Source: Glycera tridactyla (taxonomy: Eukaryota). From it: a stretch of DNA of 64,000 bases. Position numbers and translations under genes: made by a program. The stretch lies in contig OZ286459.1 in assembly GCA_965644265.1 (NCBI GenBank), positions 107,818,001 through 107,882,000 of the forward strand. Direction: 5' to 3'. The notes beneath the pieces were generated by a model that did not search any database, was not told the DNA's origin, and saw only the letters and a list, made by a program, of their open reading frames with translations. The first letter of the stretch is position 1; each line of letters begins with the position of its first letter. Positions 11,541 to 24,613 of the stretch are shown one piece after another.

Positions 11541-14500
11541 AGCCAACATTGACTGGGATGGTCTTGTTTTTTATGTGGCTCAAATAGTTTTGAATCTCTC
11601 TCCTGTAATTGAAAATTTCGCCTAAAATTGGCATTAATGATGTAAATCAACTTTGACGGGATTGATGCATTGGTGCAAATTCGATTTTGCAGACTTGTAG
11701 TTTACAAGGAAAGCATTCTATTGATTCTGGGATATGTGAAATATCGCTTTTGGCTCTGCGAAAATATACACCACACTTTGGAATTGAAATATCATGAGCG
11801 ATGAACTTTGAAATAGTTTATATTTTTATACATTTGGATCAACTGACCATCTTTTTACACAGATTCGGATGTATGTTTTCACCTCACCTTTGTTCCTCCA
11901 TGGTGTACATCTACTGTTACCATGACAACCGTTGTACATTTCCCACTTTTTATCCTTCAGGATTTGACTAGAATACTCCAATTCCTGATGTTTATTTAAG
12001 CTGCTTGCTAATTGTAGTCATGATAGAATTGCAAGAATTGATTTGCATTTCATTTGTTTCAGCATGCATTTCTTATTACTAGTGTCCACTCATTCAACAG
12101 TACAGTTCATCAAAATACTGAAAAAACAGAAAAATATACCAGATACATATTTTGAGAATCAACAGATACATATTGTTCAAGATGTGGACAAATTTCTAGT
12201 TTCTGCATGACTATTAATTCTACTGACATTTCCCATATCATACCCAGTTTATGCCAGTTATATTACCCCAAGTATTGTTACTTTTGGCTTGGAAATTACA
12301 TGGGATTCAAGCCCATGGTTGCTTGGTGAGTAACATGTGGCGAAATTGACTGCCACTCTGTCAGGACAACACCTTGCTAATACTGCACGAATGCCTTCAC
12401 AGCACCACAAAGGGTCAGAGGCCAAAATGGTGGTCATACAAGGTCAGGTCAGGCATCTGGTGGGAGACGAGAAGCCAAAGGTCACAATCACGATGGGGTC
12501 ATTACGAACCTCCCAAAGGAAATGTACAAACTGTTGTCATGTGTCCATGTTTGTCATTTTTTTTATTCATTTTTTTTCAAACTTTCTCATTTCGGTTGCA
12601 TTTGTTTGGGTTGCAATTGGTTGCTGGGAATTGTGATGCTTTCAAATGGACATTGCCAGTTCGTTGTTGAGATTTTTGCTTCCTGCACTTCGAATTTTCA
12701 TCAGCTTGAACATGCAAATATTCCTGTGGTTCTGATCAGTTTCCCTATTTGACTTAGTATTTCAGGTATAGTTAACTGTAACAAATTATTCTTGAACTAG
12801 AAGTTCATGGTACTCACAGTAAATTGAGTTGCTTTTCAGAAGCTTTTAGGAAATATCCATCTTCTTTCGTCAGCTTGAGGCTACTGGAATTTTGCTATTG
12901 AGACAAATCATATTGCAAATTATCTCATTTCAACATACATTCACCACAATGTGACACTTGAAAGTCAGCCATTTTTATTTCATTGCTAACGACATTCAAG
13001 CAATGGATGAAATATTATCAATTGGGGACAAACATGTCTGTGAGCTTTCATGGAATGAGTTGTCAGTTTCCAGAATCAGATTGAAATTTTGACACTTGTG
13101 ATTGTTCTATTTACATAGGAAAAAGTTGGATCTCAGCATGAACTGTAATAACTTGGATGAGTTCCTCATTACTTCATATTTTTGAAGTGACTCATATTAG
13201 ATTCAAGTGAATGTAAACAACTGTACAAGGAGCATGTTTACCCCATCTCACTCAAAATCAAAAATTTTGGTTATTGAAGTTTTATTTCATGTTGCCAATC
13301 TCAACCAGAATTTATCACTCTTAACTTTCAACCAAATGTAATATTGGTTGACCGCATTGACTAGTGTCAATTGAATGAGCGCAAAATATGAAGGGAAAAT
13401 CACACCAACACACAGCTGGCAGTGTAATTGGAAAAGTATCCTCTCTGGAGTTTCCTATTCCTCATCAAAGTGCCATATTGCACATCTGTGTTATCAGCCG
13501 AGCCACACAATTAGGGTTCCCTGATTAATACGCAGGGCACATGCAATGTGCCAGATCCCAGCCATGTCTTCATCTTTCATTGTGAACATGACGGTTGATA
13601 TTCCTTCAACTGGCGTAACTGACACGTTCACATTTACAGTGTATCTGTATCCAACCCTGCTTGCTTCACGTATAATATTCTATTAGGTAATTCTTATTTG
13701 TAATAATTATCATGTAGTCAGGAAGAAATTCCTGATGGTTTTCATCCTGCTTAAAAACATTATCTTTGATGAGGAATGGGTTAACATTTTTGCTGTCAAG
13801 TTGGAGAATTCGTATGTGCTCTGTCATCACCTCACATTTCAAAATCCTCATCAGTGCATTCATATTTTGGGCAAAATGCTGTTCACTACTTCTGCCTGCA
13901 ATGACCTTATGTCTGTGAATTCTGTGTTTGACAGAATCAGAAACTGATGTTGCATCTTTGTAGGATACTCATTGCCATGAGATTTAGTTTCGTAATTTAG
14001 AGAAGTTTTGTGTTGAAACTTTATCCTTTCCATGGAACTATATGGCAACTGCAGCACACCATCTAAGACATGAAATGCCACTTGTAACTTTATTCATTCA
14101 TTGACAGTTCAACCTCAGACATATTGGCATTTCCGGCCTACTTTTAAAGCATTACTCTAGAATGATATCTGAATGAAAAATCTCTCAATTGTTCAAAACA
14201 CATTTGATATGAATAGTGATGAGGATCTGTGGACAGAATTATGACAAAGTGGTTCATACCTGCAATATTGAAGGGGAATTGAATTTCTAAACACACTGTA
14301 TGGTATTGGATATGTCTCACTAAGATTACTCCATTGCTGTCTATCACTGGGTGATTTTGCATAAGGGTAATGCCAGTCAAATCAAATTCACAGGAAATCA
14401 TCCTGTTGATGTGATCCTTGTACATGTATTTGGCCATTTTTACTGTTCTCCATAAGACCAACTGACAAACAGCGTTCGGTTCGTACAGGTTCGGCCCCAA

Positions 14501-17500
14501 ACTGAATACATGCTCTAAGATGCTTGAACATTCATGCATGTATGTTCGCCCTCATCGAGATCGAGCTCAAATGCCCATGCAACTGAGATTACCTCAGTGA
14601 CATGCACATGATTAACAAGAGCAGAAATGACGGTAGTAATAATACAGTGAGATATAAACTCTTTCCGTACAGTGTTGTTGGGAATATCACAATTATTTTC
14701 GAGTAGATGAATACTCTACATCGATCCATTTTATTGTGTTGAGGGATTTTATTTTGTCATTGGTGTGTGGTGGAGTATGATAGTACCAGTGGTTCTGTGG
14801 TGAATTGTGACCATTAGGGGTGGTTTTGTGGTGTATTGGATGCCTTGCTTCAGCTTAGAGAGCACCACACCAATCACTTGCATGCTTTTATCACAAACGG
14901 CTGACCCCTGAAATATCTATGATTGCCAGTATATATTGTAATTGATTCTGTTGTTGAACTTCAGTTATTTTTTTATACCATACTAACAGGTGTACCATGA
15001 TGCCATCTTTTTACTTTTATTTTGTAAAGATTATTATTTGAAATTATATCATGATTGAATTGGTACAATTTTGTATGTGCATTCAAAAGCTATTTGACCA
15101 TGACGCAATGTCTCTTCAACTCTCTCATATTAGTGCCACTCCTGAACTCCTCTAACAAGAAGGGGTTGCATCTAAACAGCAGCTCATGGTCAATGCATTC
15201 CATTCTATCTTGGGATGAAAATCACACCTGTCTAAAGAATGTCTTTGAACAGGTATCTAAGATTGGTTTAAGGTGAAACTGGGCTTGATAAGTTCTCCAG
15301 CAGATGAATGACAATGAATTGAGTCGCTCAAGTTTGGCCTTGCCCCTCCACCATATACTTAACGCCCCGATTGATATTATTTACAGTTTTACCTGATGTT
15401 CATACCTTAAGCCTCCTCTTCGAAAATGTCATGATGAACTAAGTTTGACTTGACGATTCTGGGAAAATTTCTTTGTCTCGATGATGAGTTTCTGGTTCAG
15501 TTCTTATTCAAAATATGCATAGTTTCGAGTAAAACAGATTGCTGGCATGTATCCCATGGACTGCCCTCTGTTGGGATTCAGATGGACTTCCCCCAGCATA
15601 CCGATCACGGAGATTCTTGCAACCTTCTGTGACTCCCGATTCCAGTCACATCTGGTCGACCATCAATGCTGCTGACCGATGTCCCAAGGTCGTAGGTCAT
15701 GCATACATTTAGGTCAAGGTCATCCTCCAGTATGCTCCACGACAACGAATGTGGCATTTATGCCCATTATGTCTTGGGTTGAATGATGAGGCTGAGTAAC
15801 TATTCTTCCTCCACGCTGACAACTGTGATCAAACAGTTATGACCTTTAAGTGCAGAAGGAAAGCATCGGAAATATTGGATTCATAACCATGAATTTCTCA
15901 TGTATCTACCCATATTCATTCATTGTCCCTCATCTTTCGTAATATCAGTCATAAACATAAAAAGTTTAGTCTCCTGGCATGGTCTGTTCATTTCTTTTTC
16001 ATTTTAATTTTGATTGTGAAATAAGAGAATTGAACTATACATTATTGAACTGTTACCTGCTTGTTTTTTCATCAGTTTTCCCATACATTGCTTGCAGAAC
16101 ACATCAATTATGCTATTGATTATTCATTCATAAGCACAAAATGAGTAACTAACAACATGGCTTATATCTTTCTGTACTATTATTTGATATTATGCATTGT
16201 TAGTTTCTGTTAACCCTTACTAATTGGGCATGGGAGGGGGATGGTTGCAAGCATCATATGTTACATGTGGCAGGGTTATCATAGGAGTGTCAGTATTGAT
16301 GTACATTTGTATTTTTCATACCTTTTGTTTTTTAACTCAGTCTGCTGAATTTCTTTATCTCCAATCTGACTACATCCTAATAAAACTTTTGAAAAGATTG
16401 CATTGGTTGGTCCTTGTCAACTGCTGCACGCTTCTCAAGAGCCTCCAGTCATAGAATACCGCAGATTGCAGAGAAAGCACATCCAGCAATGTCTGGGTTG
16501 ATATGTCTGATCCATGTTCAATTTGAATGCAACTGAAATTTAAAATGATGTTTTTTTTATTTCATTATAATCTGTTGAATGTGCAGAGTGATGTCATATC
16601 CAGAATGCTGTGTCAGAGTTTGTTTCCTTCACAGACCGGAACCATCTATGAGAACAATCTCTGTAATCTTACAAGCTATGGGAAAGATAACAGTTTATAT
16701 TAGTTAGATGTAACTGTAGTCAGTATATGTAAGTATTGTGGGGGAACATATTTCTTTGACACAGCCACTGGTATCTGGTGTTACTTAGCATCTACAATTT
16801 GCATGTATTGTCACCATGGTAGCCTGTCTCTCTTTTTCTACTGGGAGATATTTCTTGTCTTGCGAAGTACATGAAACTGTTCATCATTTCACCTTGCATA
16901 GCATCCTTGAATCACAGCATTTCACTTTGAGCAGTGTCCTTGACACATTCACAGGCCTTTACATCTTAAAATGAATGAAGTTCTAACACTTCTTGATGAT
17001 ATTCACTATGAACGAAAATGGCTGTTTTCTGAAATAACTTATTTCAAGCAAATACCCTAAAATTATTGATGTTTGCATAACTTGCATTAATAACATTGGA
17101 TGATTATCCTGTATCAGTTGTATGTAATGATTCTCTCATATATTCACTATAATCATGGAAAGTTGAGCCTCTGCTCCACTTTGGAATTTATCAGCATCGA
17201 AGAGTGCTTTCATTCAAAATAATCTCTCTTATGAGGCTAGCATATTTTCTGCAAGTCCTATATGATTTTGACATATTTCATGTTGAATAGTTCAAATTGC
17301 TGAAATTACAATATAGGTCCAGAGTTGGATGTGGATTCTGTTGAAGTTGATGAAGAGATGATTTCATGTACTTATATTTGTTGTTCACCAGCTTGCTCTG
17401 TCTCTCTCTCCACTGCCTTGGGGTTCTGTCACCCAATCACTGTCATTATTTCAGTAACATTCCACCAAAGGGGAAGAAAAATTGCAGGATTAGTACATGA

Positions 17501-18360
17501 TACCTAGAGAAACACCAGATGACTGTGAAAGAAAGAAAAATATGATGTCAATAATGGCTGCTGGTTTTCCCATCGCTGATGACAATAGCACCTATTTTCT
17601 AGTGTCTGCATTAATAATAGGCACATCTGTGACATGACTGGATTTCTTATAGATACTAATTAAGCTTGGTTGGGTTGCTAATGGAACTCTAGTAGTGTCT
17701 AGAGACTGGATGGGATCATTATTTGATTTTGGCGGGAAAAGTCAGCCGGAGTTATCATTATGTATTTTTATCGATTTGAGGCACCAGCCCTCATCACAGG
17801 CATTACTCTCCTTGGGAAATAAAGCTTGGTTACCAAGGTGGCACTTACCCTGTGGGTATTCTTTCCTGTCTGGGTTTTCCCCTATGTCCTGCATGCAAAA
17901 TCCAAAATTTCACTGGTTCATCGCTCTATCTTGTTAACTGAACAAAAGGTCAAAGTCAGTAGAGAACATTCTACATTTTTAATGAATAATTGTAAATTTG
18001 AAGATTATGAGGAAACATTTCTTTAGATCCAGACATGAGATACAGCATTCTTCATCCCTCCATATTTGTTTAGTCCTTTGTGGATTTACACAAATGCAAA
18101 TGTCCGTACACATATGAAGAGGTTCATGAACACATGGATAGAAGGAAAAATTGCCTTGAAATTCAATGCCATTTCCTAGCAACTTAGATATTCACACAAG
18201 AGTGGAAATTGGGATAGATGTTAGATTGATTTTCGTTGTTGATACTGGAGTGGTGTATACATGAGGTTAGTATAGGTTAGTTGTAGATTTCTGAGGTGAA
18301 TGTTCGACTTGGCAGAGAAATGTCGATGTGCATTGTCTTTGAGTGATGGGTGCATCCGCC

Positions 18361-18376
18361 TAGCGCCACCTGGTGC
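18361..18376 (-). promoter_or_regulatory. CTCF-motif match in NFI intron
   Basis: TAGCGCCACCTGGTGC; reverse complement GCACCAGGTGGCGCTA matches CCACCAGGTGGCGCTA at 15/16. Confidence 0.55.
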
Positions 18377-21301
18377 CAGGATTGGTATGTAATGAGCGTA
18401 TCAAACCCGGATTACAGAGCACAGTCTGGTGTCACCATGTTCGTGACAGACGCCTCTCTCTCCTGCTATCAACCAGGCAAACACATACCACGTCACAAAC
18501 TGACTACCACATATGCCAACTCAGATATATCAACTGCACCATTCATCGAAAGATAGAAATTCTGTCTTTATTCATATTGATGATTCAATCATTTAGGCTC
18601 CACATTATGATTCTAAAAGGTGAAATTGTATCGTTTGAGAGATTAAGAGATATCTCCCTGGTTTTGTGATGCTACTCAGTACAATGTAGCTCATGCATTA
18701 TGCTGACATGGCAATCAATAGGGCCAAGAAAACCTAAACCTTCATTGGCTTTCTATAGAGACTGATGATTTCTCACAAGCAATAAATCATAGCTCATATG
18801 CATGACACCTTTGCGTCACTACATTGAAATATTCCTTACCAGTTAATCAAAGTGACTATGGACAGTCAACACAACTTCTAATTCACTTGAGCTCTGGCGA
18901 GTGAGACAGCAGAAAATTATATTGACTATCCAATACTACATTCATTTTGGCTTTGGTGGGTGAGGTTCCAGGCTCCGTCCTTTACGGAATTTATCCTATT
19001 ACCAACCCAGCATGATTTTCTACCTCCCCATTGAAGGTTTCCATGTATCAGAACACTACTGGTCTTCTTTTGGTCGTATTCCTCTCTTCTGTTTAGTTGT
19101 TGAGAATGCCTACCCCTCAATTGGGGGTCAAATCCCCCTAAGGGACCCCTTTTCTGTTTGGTATTTCACCTGACAATATCTCTCTTTATCAACTGCTTAC
19201 TTTGGGATTGTGGACTATGCACACTACCACCCTTTTTGGCATGTAGAAATCACTTCATTGTAAAATGCACTCTCAATGTTGTATTTCATATTCCACAGGT
19301 TAGATCTCCATGTTGTGTACCTTCTCATTGACATATCTCTGTCACTTTGTAACTCGGATTTTGCCGATCACATGCAATTAATCATCCCAAATTGGTTCAA
19401 ATCTTATCAAGAGGTACATGGTCCCGTTACTCACAGTAATCAACAGTAGCAGGAAGCTTTTATATTCATCAAAATTCTTTCATCAGCTCTGCTTCACCAG
19501 GTTCAAATTTTGATTCCTCTCTGGTAGCCACTATTTGCTTGGAGGACCATGTTATTGTCTCCCTGTAAACTGAAAAAGAAGCCGGAATATACCATTCCAG
19601 ACCAGCAATCTGAAGTAATGATGAGCTGTGAATGAAGTCTATTTTGGTGAAGTAAATAATACCCATGGATTGAATATGGTAATCAAAACTTCAATCTAGG
19701 GAGAGTGAAATTATGTTTATATTTTATGCTTCTCAAGGTACCCAGAAAAGATATGCTTCTTGGGGCAATATTGACGCCAAGAACTTCCAACTGGATTGAC
19801 AATTGTCATTGAATTCTACAAAAATTCTGTGTTCATCCCTGATGATTTAAGTTTTGAAAATGATTTGAGATTGTGATCGCAAAACCTGAAGTGCCGCTGT
19901 ACAGAGATATTGATGATGGAAGGTCGACAGGGGACATTCGAGGGATGTGATGGCAAGCAGAATAGAATATAGAAAGACACCCATATTCAGTCTGGTATTA
20001 GGCCTGTCAGTGTTATCATCTTCTCAGTCTCATCCCACTGCCCATACAAAACATTTTTGATCAATCAATCAATCAATCTAAACCATGCTCAATACTGTGA
20101 TTCAAGGTTTGGCATCTTTGATAACCAACTATTTATTATTTGTGATCAGCTCCATGAAATTCTTACAAGTTGAGGCAGTAGTCCCGCAATTTTATTTTTG
20201 ATAGGGCAATACTAGTAGCGTCAACACTCGGTCAGATCGGACCTTGTAGCAAATAGGTGTAATTGTAATTGAAGTTATATTTTATGTGTTTCACCTCTTG
20301 AAATTATGTAATATCCACATTGATCAACTATCAAAAAGGGGATAAGGCATTGATAATAACCTTTGTGACATTTTTCACTTTAGACTAGAATGGAAAGAAT
20401 ATTGGCCTTCTGATTGTAATATTGATAAAATTCTTTCTTGGATGTTAGGGTATAAATGGCCTCAGGCACCTGTCAAGGTGGTCAGTTAATAGTCATTGCT
20501 ATGACCCCATTTTCAGGGTCATATACCCCTTTTTTCGACGGCAGGCAATTTCAACCTTTTTTGTGTTGACATCTTAGGATCCCAATCTGATTCTACCTGC
20601 GTCAGACATTGTCCCCAACTTTGATTTGTGAGGAGTTAATGGTCCCCACCACCTAAATTGACAGTCTCAGGACTAATCCCCTGATAGTTTTTTCTTTCCA
20701 AAATTGCGCATATCAGAGTCCAGACCAGTCTGATTCTCAAGAGCTCAAGATACCTATATATGGATAAAACCTGATGCAAACCTCATTGGGTGCTCTGGAT
20801 TTAGTCGAGAACACTGTAAAATACAGGCATGAATCTATGGTCCAATCTCTGTCTTAGATTTCCCGTGTTTTTTCTCTAGCCAGATCTCCATCAGGGCCAC
20901 AGTCATTATACTTATGGTGGAATTATCCAGAGTGGAATTTTTCATTTTCATCCACTTTCTTGAGCTCCTATATGAACAAGAGTGGACTTTCTGATTTCAA
21001 ATCCCTATCTTGTGCTGGCTCAAAGCAAACATGGCAAATCTTGAGCTAAATCAAATATGTGTTGGCAGATGCTTCATGGTTGTTTTTTTGAAAGTTTTGA
21101 ACCGGTTCATTCCTCGACAGTGAATTCCGTTTGAAGATTAACCCCCGAGGTAGGAGGGTAAGTGAGACAACAGAGCAAGCTGGTGGATCTTACGGGTCTA
21201 TTGAGGTACAATTAAGATGCGTTCTTCGATACCAGACTGATATGGGTTATCTGCGTGTGCCGTCACGCGCTTTCTTCTTGACGGTGCAGATCTCTTTTCA
21301 G

Positions 21302-21527
21302 ATGTTCACCTATCCCAGCCTCAGTCCAGTGAATGCCCTCAGTGGGGTCATCAGTCCTACCACACTGAGCTTGATCGCTTCGCCCGTGCCCACGCCTCGC
21401 ACCACACCCAGATCCACGCCCATCCCACGATGGACCACTCCCTTCATCCCGCTAGAAGACTCCATGGACTACAACATGATCAGCTTTCCCTCTGGCAGTA
21501 ACCAGGATGATAATATGCTGCAAGATG
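21302..21527 (+). CDS. NFI: NFI coding exon with (S/T)P-repeat motif
   Basis: Acceptor tctcttttcag|ATG and donor GATG|gtaagt. Phase 0 in, phase 1 out. Encodes MFTYPSLSPVNALSGVISPTTLSLIASPVPTPRTTPRSTPIPRWTTPFIPLEDSMDYNMISFPSGSNQDDNMLQD. Confidence 0.75.
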
Positions 21528-21555
21528 GTAAGTATATTCAATATCAGATAATACA

Positions 21556-21800
21556 ATAAAACCTGCTATGAGAGACCCTCTAATGAGGGATTACATTTCT
21601 TGTACAACCTTTGTCTGTTTGACATGGTTGAATATACCTATTTTCGAAGACCAGTATCTGTTGGCCTTTACAATGGTCTCTCATAACAGGGTCTACTACT
21701 CTATCATGATCAGTCACTACAATCAAACCTGCGATCGAAGACCACCTCCTGTCACAGGTGGTCTCCCGCCGAGGATCACTCTTCGCAGGTTTCACGGTAT
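21556..21800. mobile_element. Two decayed CAGT-family MITE copies directly after NFI exon 21302-21527
   Basis: AAACCTGCTATGAGAGACC...GGTCTCTCATAACAGG and AAACCTGCGATCGAAGACCACC...CTTCGCAGGTTTCACGGTA. Confidence 0.6.
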
Positions 21801-21906
21801 AGCAATACCAACAGCCTTTTATGAAGGCTTATGCCTATTATATAGTTGCCCATACCTCAGAATATACTTTTAGCATTGGAGGCCGGCTCTGAGAAAAGGT
21901 TTATTA

Positions 21907-22066
21907 CAGTGAAACCTGCGACGAGAGACCCCCCGACGGGAGACCGCTTTTCTAGGGCAGCTTTTCTATTTGACATAGTCAAATATACCTCCAACGAGAG
22001 ACCACCTCTTTTGAGAGACCACTTTTTGGTGACTTTTAGGGTGGTCTCTCGTTGCAGGTTTCACTG
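21907..22066. mobile_element. MITE, TA-flanked CAGT...ACTG (Tc1/mariner-pogo-type ends)
   Basis: TA|CAGTGAAACCTGCGACGAGAGACC ... GGTCTCTCGTTGCAGGTTTCACTG|TA. Internal sequence matches the copy at 57748. Confidence 0.9.
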
Positions 22067-23249
22067 TATACATGTATACACTACAGTAGAAATCTCAAGA
22101 CCAACGACCCCCATTTGATGGTAGACCACTTTTCAGAGCATCTTTTCTGCCAGATACACTATCTAATCAATCTTTTGGGAGACTTTTTTGATGATGTCAA
22201 ACATGCTCTTACGAATGATGAGGAGGTTGATCCTTGACAGCTTTGAGAGATGTCAGAGGTGCTGGGGTTGGGAACGCTAAAATGGACACATGTTGGGAAC
22301 TTAGGTTCTATAAGATATCCGAAGGTCTGTGCATGTAGCTGTATTCTTAGTATGACCATGACAGTTAGATGCAATGAGAGATACTTGAAAAATCCCTGTC
22401 AATTTGTATGTCAAATCAAGAGGAGAAGGCAAGTTGATAATGCTACAGTAATTGTTTTACTGTACTGTTTCTTAGGCAACTAGAGAGGCACCGAGACAGA
22501 TGTTGCAGTTTGCAATAGACAGTACTCATTGTTAATGGTTTTACAGAGTTCTGTTTTCACCTGTCCGGGATAAGATTACATTATCATGATTTACACAACA
22601 GTTAGGCTAAAACAGCCATCCTAGCTGAATAAAAACTGACAGGTTGTCACGGATTCGGCTGAAGGGCATCAAAGGTTAATTGGCTCTTGTTAGATGCCGT
22701 CAAGGTGATTAGGTCCTTGGAGAATGACACAATCAGCGTAATGCATTGGTGCTGATAGATTGACACATGTTTCATTGGAGCTAATTATGTCAGAAACAGA
22801 CTGATCAGAGATAGACAGATAGAGGAGGGTGGCATCATGGTGATGCAAAGTGAAGCAGCTTTTTCTTTAGGGGACGGGGGGGGGGGGGGGGGGGGGTATG
22901 CTGTCATTTTATCTACTATCACTCTACTTCAGAATAAAAAAGAGATATCAAATCAGAAAGCTATTTTGAGCTTTTTCCACCTGGGATGCAATCTTGAGAC
23001 CTCTTTATGAAACTGATTCTATCAAGATAATAAACTTACAAAGAGAGTGCAGTCAAACCTGTGTGCGACCAGCTCTGTACAAATTTAGTCTCACTATGAA
23101 GGTCAACTCTCAGTAAAGACCGCTCTGATGTGGCTGAAGCTATATCAAAGAGGCTATTTCAGTGAGAGATACACATTTTTGGATTATTCACAGAGAATTA
23201 TTTGGCTTTTTTTTCACGTCAAAAATTGAGTGAATTCTATATGAATATA

Positions 23250-23391
23250 CAGTTGAACCTGTCCTAGGCAGCCACTGTACTAAGCAGCCACTTTTGAATT
23301 TCGACTGGGGATTTTTCCACTATAATTAACCTGCTCTAAGCAGCCACTTTTTGCCTTCCCAAAGGGTGGCTGCTTAGGACAGGTTTGACTG
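23250..23391. mobile_element. MITE, related CAGT family
   Basis: TA|CAGTTGAACCTGTCCTAGGCAGCCAC ... GTGGCTGCTTAGGACAGGTTTGACTG|TA (23/26 TIR match). Internal AAGCAGCCACTTTT subrepeats. Confidence 0.88.
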
Positions 23392-24461
23392 TACCATTTT
23401 GTGGCCTAAAATTTACTTTCAAGGAAGAGGCACTTTATTTGAGACTAACTGGAGAAAAGGGTTCAATGATCTTTAAAAAACTTCATTGTGATATCAAGAG
23501 CCCTTATTTCTAATGGGTGCCCAGAAATACTTAGCATGTAGAATTTCATGAGTCAGAAGATTCAGTGAAATCTGGAAATCGCATTTGATGGCCTGTAAGC
23601 TACAAACTCTCTTAGCTTTGCTCATGAGCAGAAAATCAAGATGGCAGCAGAATTGCATGCTCAGATGATAGAGTCTGTAATCAGAGGTGGTGGTGGGGGG
23701 GAGGGGGTACCGCTCATCTATCTTTATTGTATAATTATGCAACTAACATCTGGTGGGGGCTTTGTGAGCCTGCTCCATCTGTTCTTTGCCTCCATCAAGT
23801 GAAGAGCACAAATCACTACTTCATCTGCATCTCATGATTACATTGGAGAACTCCTCGTTAGTCTCATATTCAGAGATAGGGATGCACGATGAAAATTCTT
23901 GCACTTACAAGAAATGTTATATCTTGATAAGTTTGACTCTTCTGATTTTGTTTTGTGTTCTGAGTGTATTCTGTAGGACAATGACTGAACAAGATCTTGA
24001 GAATCAAACTTTTTATTTATATTTTCATTTATCATTAGCTTTTTTTCCCATGAACTATTCAGGTATCTTCTCATTTCATTTCCCATCAACATTGATCAAA
24101 ATCTAGCATGGAATTTTCAACAGTTGGTGAAAGTGTATGAAACTAGGATTTTGGATTTCGGCAAGATTCAATTGCTGCCCCCATTTCCCATTTGTCATGA
24201 TGAGAGAGGATGTAAATATGATGAAAATGAAGAATTAACCTGCTTTCTTTCTCGAGGCAATGCCTGGATTTTTTTCAAACCATGCAAATTATAGAGTTTT
24301 TAGGTTGACATCAATTCAAACATTTATGAATACCCAGCTGAAATATTTTTTCATTTTTCAGAAACTCGCCTACTCGGGTTGGACGGTGATACATATATTC
24401 AGATTTTTGCAGTGTTACCATTTGCAGTTGCTATGATGATGTATTATTTTCTTTTTGACAG

Positions 24462-24613
24462 AACGCTTTTTGCATATGATGCCGACTAGTGAAACAATGG
24501 AGACGAATCAGAACAGCAATGGTAATAATGGTAGTTCAACAACAACAGCAACAACAACGAATGCCGATCCAGAGCCTCCACCGTCAACAACAACGAGTAA
24601 ACCAGCTTCTTAG
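24462..24613 (+). CDS. NFI: NFI terminal coding exon (stop TAG 24611-24613)
   Basis: Acceptor ttttctttttgacag|AA completes a GAA codon with the phase-1 donor. Encodes ERFLHMMPTSETMETNQNSNGNNGSSTTTATTTNADPEPPPSTTTSKPAS*. Confidence 0.7.

Noticed and set aside
14144-14539. 131-aa minus-strand ORF (also 250-687, 1828-2289, 35515-35919)
   Set aside because: No splice context or recognisable domain; length is attainable by chance or from decayed repeats.
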